The notes beneath the pieces are model-generated. The model saw only the letters and a list, made by a program, of their open reading frames with translations, ran no database searches and was not told the DNA's origin. This document shows, in pieces, positions 47,804-56,437 of a stretch of DNA of 64,000 nucleotides. Both the position numbers and the translations under genes were made by a program. Source of the DNA: Eubacteriales bacterium (GTDB lineage: Bacteria; Bacillota; Clostridia; Oscillospirales; CAG-272); NCBI GenBank assembly GCA_045532805.1, contig JAZSGQ010000037.1:5904-69903 (forward strand), in the 5' to 3' direction. Within the stretch, counting starts at the first letter, position 1, and the number at the start of each line of letters is the position of its first letter.

Positions 47804-49621
47804 ATGCTCGGATATATTTCTACCATCCAAGACTTTTCAAATACATCTACCGTCGATATTGTTCGGCAGTTATCCCTTATGTATCCTGATGCATCTGCCT
47901 CACAGATACATTCCTGGGAGGTTTTAATCGATGATGTAAAGGCATCTCCCTCCTTTCACAGGATTCCAGGCGCCGCAGTTCTTGCCCTTGAACTTTCACT
48001 TTTTGTTGAAAATATGAGTGTGGATCTTGTGATCGCAGGCTCCACACCGGCAGAAGAAACAATTGCATTTTTGATAGAATCTAAGCAGTGGGGGGATGAC
48101 TACATCCGAGACCATCACTTTAGCAGTTATCGTGAACATGGCGAACTCCTTCATCCCCAGGTTCAAGTACATCATCACTTTTTATCCTTTAGAGATTATA
48201 TCAAGGTCGAGCCTGAAATCACACATATGCTCCCCTTCGTTTATATAAGAAACGCCTCCAACGAGGGGTGCGAACTGATTCGCAAAAGAAATCCCGGCAC
48301 CGCCCCAACAGATATTCCTGTCTTTAACAGTATAAATGATATTTTGGACATTATAGCAGACAATCTCGCCAACACCACCGCACTGTCAGTCCAATCCTTT
48401 AATGAAGCAACCTACTGCCCCTCATTAAGCATTATTGACGCTATGAATGCAATTGTCACTAGAGAACTCCCCTTCATTTTAACTGATGAGCAAGAGCAAG
48501 CATTACTGCAAATACTTGATTTCATCTCCTCCGGCAAGCGCATTATTCAAATCAATGGCGGAGCTGGGAGTGGTAAGACAGCAATCCTATTGAACATCTA
48601 CGTACGTATGCTTCAAAAGAACAATCACTATCTACCGTTGTTCGTTAGTGGTGCTCAAAACACATACCTTTATAAACACTTGTATCCTCAGGTAGCTAGT
48701 TCCTTTAATTTTTCTCTTTCACTAAAAAACACAGTGCAATATTTTAATAATCGTCATTCTGTTATTTTGCTTGATGAGGCCCAACATAATCAAGCAGGAA
48801 TTATATCAGAGTTGTTATCTATTCCCACAACTACAATAATCTTGTGCTATGATGAATGGCAGACGATAAATGCTAACAATGCACTTCCCGAAATTGAGAG
48901 TTTTCGCGCTCGCGATGATTTTGTATCCATCACTCTTAACAACTCTATCCGGTTTAACGGTTCTCAAATGTTTGAGAAAAATGTTAAATCATATCTGACT
49001 TCGGCCCAACTCCCGTCTATTGACACCTCTTACGATTTTAGAGTGTTCTCATCCTTTGAAGATCTAAAGATTCAAACGCTTGATATTATCAAAACTCATC
49101 CAGAATATGAGATTGCACTAATGGGCTTGCTTTCCAGTGATAGTCGTCAAACGGTTAAAAATTCTGAGGGCTTTATGCACACAAACTGGGATAATAAAAC
49201 TGAAGTTGACTGGATTCCTTATATTAAGAAAAAAAACTACTTGGCAAAGAAGCAAGGAAGTTTGTGGCTCGGAACTTGGTGGATGCCGGGATTGGATGTG
49301 GACTATGCTGTTGTTATTGTTGGCAATGACGCTGCAATGACTGATACTGGATTTAAAGGTCGTGCCAGTAATTCAAAAAACTATCAACTAATAATAAGTG
49401 TTGCCGAAGAGTTAGGGCTCCCCGACCGATTAACTAAATCCAATACTCCAAACTATAGAAAAGCGCAAGAAATCCTTGATTATGTATCGTTTATGCCCCT
49501 AGATTTAAAGCAGTCTTTTCACACTCGATTCACCTACTATTTGCGCAATATTTATTATGTTATGATGACACGTGGCAGAAAAGGATGCTTAGTATATTTT
49601 AAAAATCAACCCCAAAAATAA
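47804..49621 (+). CDS. PD-(D/E)xK-like nuclease domain fused to a DUF2075/SF1-type NTPase-helicase
   Basis: N-terminal VDLVIAG...IAFLIESKQW (D...ExK); GGAGSGKTA Walker A, VILLDEAQH Walker B, YYVMMTRGRKGCLVYF (SF1 motif VI-like); TTGATT-17-TATAAT promoter at 47748-47776. Confidence 0.6.
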   Translation: MLGYISTIQDFSNTSTVDIVRQLSLMYPDASASQIHSWEVLIDDVKASPSFHRIPGAAVLALELSLFVENMSVDLVIAGSTPAEETIAFLIESKQWGDDYIRDHHFSSYREHGELLHPQVQVHHHFLSFRDYIKVEPEITHMLPFVYIRNASNEGCELIRKRNPGTAPTDIPVFNSINDILDIIADNLANTTALSVQSFNEATYCPSLSIIDAMNAIVTRELPFILTDEQEQALLQILDFISSGKRIIQINGGAGSGKTAILLNIYVRMLQKNNHYLPLFVSGAQNTYLYKHLYPQVASSFNFSLSLKNTVQYFNNRHSVILLDEAQHNQAGIISELLSIPTTTIILCYDEWQTINANNALPEIESFRARDDFVSITLNNSIRFNGSQMFEKNVKSYLTSAQLPSIDTSYDFRVFSSFEDLKIQTLDIIKTHPEYEIALMGLLSSDSRQTVKNSEGFMHTNWDNKTEVDWIPYIKKKNYLAKKQGSLWLGTWWMPGLDVDYAVVIVGNDAAMTDTGFKGRASNSKNYQLIISVAEELGLPDRLTKSNTPNYRKAQEILDYVSFMPLDLKQSFHTRFTYYLRNIYYVMMTRGRKGCLVYFKNQPQK

Positions 49622-49648
49622 AAAGGAGCCTATTAGGCTCCTTTTTTC
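49619..49648. terminator. bidirectional terminator between the convergent helicase and PIN-like genes
   Basis: AAAAGGAGCC-TATTA-GGCTCCTTTTTT. Confidence 0.7.
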
Positions 49649-49720
49649 GTAAGATCCGTTAAAATTCCCCCGTTAATCTAATACGAAATGATTTGCGCTT
49701 CCCGCGAAAACACGGATGTT

Positions 49721-51103
49721 TTATGTATTCTCCCACTCAATTGCTGTGTTATCAACATTTAAAGTGTTATATGGGTATTCGAAAACGCTTCCCGTTATTC
49801 TGTAATTGTTTAGACAATTATAACAAATTCCTTCATGCTCTATTTGATATTCTATTTCTTCACCCATTTGCCTTTCATAGGAACTTGCAGCCTCTGCCTC
49901 TTCAATCAATTCAACTCTGATTGTTTTTCCGCACCGTGGGCATTTGTATGTTTTTTCAACTCTAAAGGTATTCTGACTGCTACCGCCTACACAAAAAAGA
50001 GTTTGAAATGTTAATTGGTCTGGTACATCTTCAAGTTGAATACTATCGATATAAAATTTTATTCTTTCTCCTTTTTTTCTCGTTGCTTTTAAATTTATTA
50101 TCGTTGTGAACTCAATTCTATGAGATTCCTTCACAAAATCTATAACTTTATGTATATATTCTTTTTCTTCTGGATCCCAGATGGATTTTTCCGCATTAAA
50201 ATAACCACACTCTAGTTCAATTATTGCTTGAGAATCTATTTGAACCTTTATAACTCCCTCCGTTTCTTCATCAGAATCGCTTCGAGAAAAAATGGGATCA
50301 ATATATTCTATATACAAAGCGCAACCTTCAAACTTATTTGTAATCTGGTTTGTAATCTCCTCACAGTACTGGTCAAAAGTCAAACTGCTCTCATCAGCAA
50401 AACGCCCTGCCACTTCAAACGAAAAAGCGTCTAATAAAGATTTAACCTCTCGGCTGATTTGGTCGCTCACACTATCATCCTTAAAATAGGTTTCAACCTC
50501 AACTCTAACTTCGTTTTGCTTGTTATAAAAATTCAAAAAATCTTTTAGTGATTCATAAACCGATACTTTTCGCTCGTTCTCAAAACTCCTTCTCCAATCG
50601 TCATCAGATGCAATTATATGTAGTTCATCCACCGAAGATAATTCTTTTTTTATGCTCGATATCATTATTGCATCTGGAAATTCAGACTTTTTCCCTGAAC
50701 TAAATGGTGGAGTTTGATCAAAATATGACTTCAATATATCGTCAATATTGACATGAGAATTATCCAAAATTCTAGCCTTTGTTCTAGCAAGATACTCCTC
50801 AAATGCTTTTATTCCATCTTGAATTACAGTGTCATCTTCCAATTGACTTAATATATCTATATATTTTTTATCGGCCCAAAATACATTTTTAAAAGTTCTA
50901 TTGTTTTTCAAATCTTTAACAAAATCTGAAAGTTTCGCTTTTATATGTTTCTTGGTCTCGCTAACAGCAATATTGTGTATCCAGAGTTCTATTTTTCCTT
51001 GCTTTATGTATTCTTCCAGATATTTCAACGAACCTCTATGAAAACTATAATTCATACTATCAAAAACATTTGTATCGAGTATTACTGTAATCTTATTTCT
51101 CAT
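49721..51103 (-). CDS. PIN-like (DUF4935-type) nuclease-domain protein with a C-terminal zinc ribbon
   Basis: N-terminal VILDTNVF, SETKKH, EFPDA, IIASDDDW acidic quartet in PIN order; C-terminal CPRCG...CYNC. Confidence 0.5.
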   Translation of the reverse strand: MRNKITVILDTNVFDSMNYSFHRGSLKYLEEYIKQGKIELWIHNIAVSETKKHIKAKLSDFVKDLKNNRTFKNVFWADKKYIDILSQLEDDTVIQDGIKAFEEYLARTKARILDNSHVNIDDILKSYFDQTPPFSSGKKSEFPDAIMISSIKKELSSVDELHIIASDDDWRRSFENERKVSVYESLKDFLNFYNKQNEVRVEVETYFKDDSVSDQISREVKSLLDAFSFEVAGRFADESSLTFDQYCEEITNQITNKFEGCALYIEYIDPIFSRSDSDEETEGVIKVQIDSQAIIELECGYFNAEKSIWDPEEKEYIHKVIDFVKESHRIEFTTIINLKATRKKGERIKFYIDSIQLEDVPDQLTFQTLFCVGGSSQNTFRVEKTYKCPRCGKTIRVELIEEAEAASSYERQMGEEIEYQIEHEGICYNCLNNYRITGSVFEYPYNTLNVDNTAIEWENT

Positions 51104-51266
51104 TTGCCTTTATCCTTAAAGTTTACGTTGTTGTTTTAATTATACTACGGATTCTCTCACTTTACAATAGCAATTTGACAAGTCGGGTGAACTCACAAAA
51201 TGCCAACATTCCCCCCTCTCATTATACTTCAAAACCTTGTCTCCTTCTAGACCAAAAACATTAAAC

Positions 51267-52205
51267 TTATTCTTTCGTCATGGAAATACGCTTTTTTCCA
51301 TAAAACTTATCCAGCACGTTGAATTCGTCAACCTGTTTGGATATATCGCTAACCAGAAGATTGATATAGTTCTGAGTGATATCAAGACTGGAGTGCCCGA
51401 GCAGTTTCGAGAGGGAAACAACGTTGCCGCCATTAATGATCCACTGCTTGGCAAAGGTATGACGGTAGCGATGGATGCCCGTGGTTTCCACACCTCTTCG
51501 TTTGTTATACTCATAGAGCATATGGTAGCAAGTCCCCTTCACAAGCTGCTGACCAAAGATATTGCAGAACAGGTAGTCGTCGTTAGACTTATACTGACGA
51601 TATTTTAGATACTCTACTAGGATATTGACCATAGTCTGATTGAGAGGAACAATCAAAGGTTTTCTGTTTTTCGTGATATTGATGTACACGACGTTGTTAT
51701 CAAAATCAAGATCTTTAATTTGAATGTGCATTAAACTTCGTTGCCTCACACCTGTGCTGAAAAAGAAGTTCGTCATCACCCAACATTGATATTCGGTAAA
51801 GGAGCATTTCTTGACATCGGGTTTCTTCAAAAGCAGTTGCAGCTCATTCTCGTTATAGGTTTCGATAGGACTTTTATCTACCTTGATCGCCTGCATCTTG
51901 AAGTGTGGGATATAGCCCTCGTTCATAAAGAAATGCAAGGTCGTAATCAAATCACGCAGATAGGAATTGATACTGACATCATTATTCAAAGTTGATTTCA
52001 AGTGCAGAACATAGTCCTTATAGGTTTGCTCATTGATGTCTTCAACAGGCATCTTCGGGTCAAAATATTTATAGAAATGCAAATAGCTCTGCCGATAATG
52101 CCTTATTGTCCCATCTCTTAAATTCCTCTGCCGGCAGTATTCAAGATACTTGTTGCAGCCCTTCTCAAAGGTCAGTTTCTGAGCCGTCATTTTCAGCTTT
52201 TTCAT
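51267..52205 (-). CDS. int: tyrosine-type site-specific integrase
   Basis: N-terminal SAM-like core-binding domain; catalytic region RQRSL, HRYRHTFA, LLGHSSLDITQNYI; start ATG 52205 behind GGAGGA; adjacent to the right junction repeat. Confidence 0.85.
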   Translation of the reverse strand: MKKLKMTAQKLTFEKGCNKYLEYCRQRNLRDGTIRHYRQSYLHFYKYFDPKMPVEDINEQTYKDYVLHLKSTLNNDVSINSYLRDLITTLHFFMNEGYIPHFKMQAIKVDKSPIETYNENELQLLLKKPDVKKCSFTEYQCWVMTNFFFSTGVRQRSLMHIQIKDLDFDNNVVYINITKNRKPLIVPLNQTMVNILVEYLKYRQYKSNDDYLFCNIFGQQLVKGTCYHMLYEYNKRRGVETTGIHRYRHTFAKQWIINGGNVVSLSKLLGHSSLDITQNYINLLVSDISKQVDEFNVLDKFYGKKRISMTKE

Positions 52206-52370
52206 TGTAAAAAATCCTCCGCTTTTAAATAAAAATAAATTGGACACATCACATAGGCAAAAGCCCAAAATGATGTGCCCAACTTTTTTATTATTGATTT
52301 TTGCGTAATTGGATTTTACAATGCTTTATCGAAGCTCTGAAAAGCCTCGGAAGCCTTGCAAATCAAGCAA

Positions 52371-52464
52371 TTACTTGCAAGCTTCTTCGATCGCAACTGC
52401 AACAGCCACGGTCATGCCGACCATGGGGTTGTTGCCTGCGCCGATCAGACCCATCATCTCAACG
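52371..52464 (-). repeat. right junction repeat (functional 3' end of the GGGtGRT gene)
   Basis: 52417-52464 is identical to 37055-37102; 52371-52416 is a diverged replacement of the gene terminus. Confidence 0.85.
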
Positions 52465-53369
52465 TGCGCGGGCACGGAGGAGGAGCCGGCGAACTGCGCG
52501 TCACCGTGCATACGGCCGAGCGTATCGGTCATGCCGTAGGAAGCAGGACCTGCAGCCATGTTGTCGGGGTGGAGCGTTCTGCCCGTACCGCCGCCGGAAG
52601 CCACAGAGAAGTACTTCTTGCCGTTCTCGATCGCCCACTTCTTGTAGGTGCCGGCAACAGGGTGCTGGAATCTCGTCGGGTTGGTGGAGTTACCGGTGAT
52701 GGAAACGCCCACGTTCTCCAGACGCATGATCGCAACGCCTTCGGGAACGCTGTCAGAGCCGTAGCACTTGACGTTCGCACGGGGGCCGTTGGAGAATGCC
52801 TTCTCGGAAAGAACGGTCACTTCCTCGGTTGCAGGATCAAACTGAGTCTGCACGTAGGTGAAGCCGTTGATTCTGGAAATGATGTAAGCGGCGTCCTTGC
52901 CAAGACCGTTCAAAATCACGCGCAGGGGCTTTACGCGCACCTTGTTTGCGTTCAGAGCGATCTTGATGGCGCCCTCAGCAGCAGCAAAGGACTCGTGACC
53001 TGCAAGGAAGCAGAAGCAATCCGTCTCCTCGGACAGAAGCATTGCGCCGAGATTACCGTGGCCAAGACCAACCTTGCGGTTCTCAGCAACCGAGCCGGGA
53101 ATGCAGAATGCCTGCAGACCGATACCGATAGCGGCGGCGGCGTCAGATGCCTTGGTGCAGCCCTTCTTGATGGCGATTGCGGCGCCTACAACGTATGCCC
53201 ACTTTGCGTTCTCAAAGCAGATGGGCTGGGTCTCCTCTACGATCTTATAGGGGTCGATACCCTTGGCGGCACAGATCTCCTGGCACTCGTCAATAGAGGA
53301 AATGCCGTATTCCTTCAGCGCGGCAAGAATTTTCGCCTCGCGTCTTTCGTAACCTTCAAATTTTGCCAT
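52371..53369 (-). CDS. GGGtGRT-family protein (function unknown)
   Basis: 332 aa containing the eponymous SGGGTGRTLHPDN motif. Confidence 0.8.
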   Translation of the reverse strand: MAKFEGYERREAKILAALKEYGISSIDECQEICAAKGIDPYKIVEETQPICFENAKWAYVVGAAIAIKKGCTKASDAAAAIGIGLQAFCIPGSVAENRKVGLGHGNLGAMLLSEETDCFCFLAGHESFAAAEGAIKIALNANKVRVKPLRVILNGLGKDAAYIISRINGFTYVQTQFDPATEEVTVLSEKAFSNGPRANVKCYGSDSVPEGVAIMRLENVGVSITGNSTNPTRFQHPVAGTYKKWAIENGKKYFSVASGGGTGRTLHPDNMAAGPASYGMTDTLGRMHGDAQFAGSSSVPAHVEMMGLIGAGNNPMVGMTVAVAVAIEEACK

Positions 53370-53387
53370 GATACTCTACCTCCTCTA

Positions 53388-54104
53388 TTACTCTTTACGG
53401 GGGTCAATGTACTTGACGGCGTCAGCAAATCTGCCGTAGGTACCCTTGGCCTTCTCGTAAGCTTCGTTGGGCTCCAGCCCCTTCTTGATCATATCGGTCA
53501 TCTTGCCAAGAGAAACGAACTCATAGCCGATCACCTCGTTGTTCTCGTCCAGAGCCATACGCGTGCAGTAGCCCTCGGTCATCTCGAGGTAACGGACGCC
53601 CTTCTCCTTGGTGCCGTACATGGTGCCGACCATGGAGCGCTCGCCCTTGCCAAGGTCCTCCATACCTGCGCCGATGACAAGGCCGCCCTCGGAGAAGGCA
53701 GACTGGCTACGGCCGTACACGATCTGCAGGAACAACTCGCGCATAGCGGTGTTGATGGCGTCACATACAAGGTCGGTGTTGAGTGCCTCAAGCAGCGTCT
53801 TGCCGGGCAGGATCTCTGCGGCCATAGCGGCGGAGTGGGTCATACCGGAACAACCGATGGTCTCCACCAGTGCCTCCTCGATGATGCCGTTCTTCACGTT
53901 CAGGGACAACTTGCACGCGCCCTGCTGAGGTGCGCACCAGCCCACACCGTGGGTGTATGCGGAAATATCGGTGATCTGCTTTGCCTGGATCCACTTGCCC
54001 TCTTCGGGAATGGGTGCGGGACCGTGATCACAGCCCTTTTTGACTACGCACTGGTGCTGAACCTCAAGGCTCTGTGCGTAAGGCATTTCGCTTACGTTGC
54101 TCAT
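53388..54104 (-). CDS. IscU/NifU-like Fe-S scaffold-domain protein
   Basis: GWCAPQQGACKLSLNV....IEEA.VETIGCSGMTHSAAMAAEILPGKTLLEA resembles the IscU three-Cys core. Confidence 0.55.
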   Translation of the reverse strand: MSNVSEMPYAQSLEVQHQCVVKKGCDHGPAPIPEEGKWIQAKQITDISAYTHGVGWCAPQQGACKLSLNVKNGIIEEALVETIGCSGMTHSAAMAAEILPGKTLLEALNTDLVCDAINTAMRELFLQIVYGRSQSAFSEGGLVIGAGMEDLGKGERSMVGTMYGTKEKGVRYLEMTEGYCTRMALDENNEVIGYEFVSLGKMTDMIKKGLEPNEAYEKAKGTYGRFADAVKYIDPRKE

Positions 54105-54147
54105 GTGTTTTATCTCCTTTGTAAAATATTAAACTTATGGGAATTGC

Positions 54148-54720
54148 TTAGCCGACGATCTCGCCGTACACCTCGCCAAATGCGGCGGCGGCGTTGCACT
54201 CGTCGGTGTCAATGTGCATAGCAAGGGCAAACTTGTCGGAAACGCGTACCACAACGTCGTCAAAGATCAGGGGACGTGCGGTGTCCAGCTTCACCTTTAC
54301 GATCTGCTTGTCGGCAACACCAAGATTTGCGGCGTCTGCCACGGTCATGTGAATGTGGCGCTTGGCAACGATCGTGCCCTCTGCCATATCAACCTCACCT
54401 GCAGGGCCCACGAGTTTGAGACCGGGCGTACCTGCCACGTCACCGCTCTCACGAACGGGCACTGCCTTAAGGCCCAGTGCTCTTGCATCGGTAAAGGAAA
54501 GTTCTACCTGATCGGCAGGACGGAAGGGACCAAGGATCGTGACGGCAAGTTCACCCTTGGGGCCAACGAGCTTCACGCGCTCCTCACAAGCGTACTGACC
54601 GGGCTGGGAAAGATCCTTCTTGTTGTGCAACTCTGCATCTGCGCCGAAAAGCGTAGCAAAGGTTTCGGCAGTCACGTGAATGTGACGGGCCGAGGTTTCC
54701 ACCAAAAACTTCTTATCCAT
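54148..54720 (-). CDS. pduL: phosphate propanoyltransferase PduL-type phosphotransacylase
   Basis: Duplicated RHIHV/RHIHM motifs, GPxRxxxQVELSxTDA, HIDTDECNAA. Confidence 0.8.
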   Translation of the reverse strand: MDKKFLVETSARHIHVTAETFATLFGADAELHNKKDLSQPGQYACEERVKLVGPKGELAVTILGPFRPADQVELSFTDARALGLKAVPVRESGDVAGTPGLKLVGPAGEVDMAEGTIVAKRHIHMTVADAANLGVADKQIVKVKLDTARPLIFDDVVVRVSDKFALAMHIDTDECNAAAAFGEVYGEIVG

Positions 54721-54863
54721 ACTTCTATGCACCTCTTGTATCGAATATTTCGTGAAAAAATTCACGTACAAAGTAATTATATCATAAAAGACCGCATTTG
54801 TAAATGCAAAAAACGAAGAATTATGGGAATAATAAGAAGAAAACGAAAGGAAGCGTTAGCATA

Positions 54864-55547
54864 ATGGAGGAACAAGAGAAAAAAACAGGCAACGAAAAAC
54901 TCGATGAGATCGTGGAAAGCGGTGGCATCACCGCAGGACGGGAGGGCAATGCGATCCATTGCCTTTCGATCATCGGACAGATCGAGGGACACTATATCCT
55001 GGGGGACAATCAGAAAGCCACCAAATACGAGCACCTGATCCCCCTGCTCGTATCCATTGAGGAAAACCCCGACGTCAAAGGGCTTTTGGTGGTGCTCAAT
55101 ACCATGGGCGGTGACGTGGAGGCGGGGCTTGCACTCGCGGAAATGATCGCCTCGATGCAAAAACCTACGGTCTCTCTGGTGCTCGGCGGCGGCCACTCCA
55201 TCGGTGTACCGCTTGCCGTCGCGGCGAAGCGCTCCTTCATCGTGCCCAGCGCCACCATGACGATCCACCCTGTCCGTACCACGGGCCTTGTCGTGGGCGT
55301 GCCCCAGACCTTCCGCTATTTTCGGGAGATGCAGTCGCGCATCGTGGATTTCATCTGCCGCAACTCGCGCGTCAGCAAGGAAAAGATCGAGGAACTGATG
55401 ATGACCCCCGATATGCTTGCCACCGACGTCGGCTCCATCATCGACGGCAACGAGGCCGTAAGGTACGGCATCATCGACGAGGTCGGCGGCCTCAGTGCCG
55501 CCCTCCGGGCCCTGCGCAACATGGCCGAAGAAACCCCCGACAAATAA
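54864..55547 (+). CDS. tepA: ClpP-fold serine protease family protein (TepA-like)
   Basis: IIGQIEGH....KYEHLIP, LNTMGGDVEAGLA, GGGHSIG, TMTIHPVR blocks. Confidence 0.65.
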   Translation: MEEQEKKTGNEKLDEIVESGGITAGREGNAIHCLSIIGQIEGHYILGDNQKATKYEHLIPLLVSIEENPDVKGLLVVLNTMGGDVEAGLALAEMIASMQKPTVSLVLGGGHSIGVPLAVAAKRSFIVPSATMTIHPVRTTGLVVGVPQTFRYFREMQSRIVDFICRNSRVSKEKIEELMMTPDMLATDVGSIIDGNEAVRYGIIDEVGGLSAALRALRNMAEETPDK

Positions 55548-55556
55548 CTCGCAAAT

Positions 55557-55587
55557 GAAAACGGGCGGCCAAAAGCCGCCCGTTTTG
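55557..55587. terminator. bidirectional terminator between the tepA-like gene and the DeoR gene
   Basis: AAAACGGGCGGC-CAAAA-GCCGCCCGTTTT. Confidence 0.7.
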
Positions 55588-55590
55588 TGT

Positions 55591-56301
55591 CTATTTGTTT
55601 TTCCCCGTGTTGGTGATGATGCCGTCCAGATCGTCCTTGGTGCAAAGCGTTTTGAAATACGTGCGCCCAATCTTGTTTTGATCCACCAGCAAGAATTTTT
55701 TTCTGGCATGCGTGATCATGATACGGCGAATGGAGTTTTCCAAAATGGAATTGTCTGTGACCAGACCGTCTTCCGACACACCGCGCGAGGAGAAAAACGC
55801 AACGTCTGCGTTGTATTGTTGTAGCGTTCGCTCCGCATCACTGCTCACGTAAGCAAAGGATTCCTCGGTCAACTCGCCGCCCGTGCAGATCGTACGGATC
55901 CCCATAGCGGCGGCATCGAGGGCGGTTTTTGCGCCGTTGGTGATGAGCAAAATGTTTTTGAACGTGGCAAGATGCGGCAAAAGATGATACGCGGTGGTGG
56001 AGGCGTCCAGCATCACCACGTCGCCCTCGTGTACGTACTGAATGGCCTTCAGCGCAATGGCCTTTTTCTCCTCGTTATATTCGTGCTGACGCACAAAAAG
56101 CGGTATGCGTTGATCGGCGTATTTCGACTTCAGGCGTACCGTGCCGCGGTGACAGGTGACCACGTCCTTTTCCTTTAAGGTTGCCACGTCGCGGCGGACA
56201 GTGGGCTCGCTGACAAACAGTTGTTCCGCCAGTTCACGCACGGTATACGCGCGCCCCGCCAACAGTTTGAGATAGGTCTCTTCTCGATTATAAATAGACA
56301 T
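55591..56301 (-). CDS. DeoR family transcriptional regulator
   Basis: N-terminal HTH (YTVRELAEQLFVSEPTVRRDVATLKE) and C-terminal DeoR sugar-sensor domain. Confidence 0.85.
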   Translation of the reverse strand: MSIYNREETYLKLLAGRAYTVRELAEQLFVSEPTVRRDVATLKEKDVVTCHRGTVRLKSKYADQRIPLFVRQHEYNEEKKAIALKAIQYVHEGDVVMLDASTTAYHLLPHLATFKNILLITNGAKTALDAAAMGIRTICTGGELTEESFAYVSSDAERTLQQYNADVAFFSSRGVSEDGLVTDNSILENSIRRIMITHARKKFLLVDQNKIGRTYFKTLCTKDDLDGIITNTGKNK

Positions 56302-56437
56302 ACGCATCACCTTTCGATCATTTTCACTCATTATTATAATCATTTTATGCGCATATTGTCAATAGTATTTGAAAATATTGATTATTTCTACCGCATTTGC
56401 TATACTAAAATCACATAACAACAAGGAGGATGGCCCT

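Larger units (their letters stand above)
37055..52464. mobile_element. integrative element (about 15.4 kb) in the 3' end of the GGGtGRT gene
   Basis: 48-bp perfect direct repeats at both ends, a tyrosine integrase next to the right repeat, an abrupt shift to AT-rich composition, and accessory/defence-type cargo. Confidence 0.8.
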
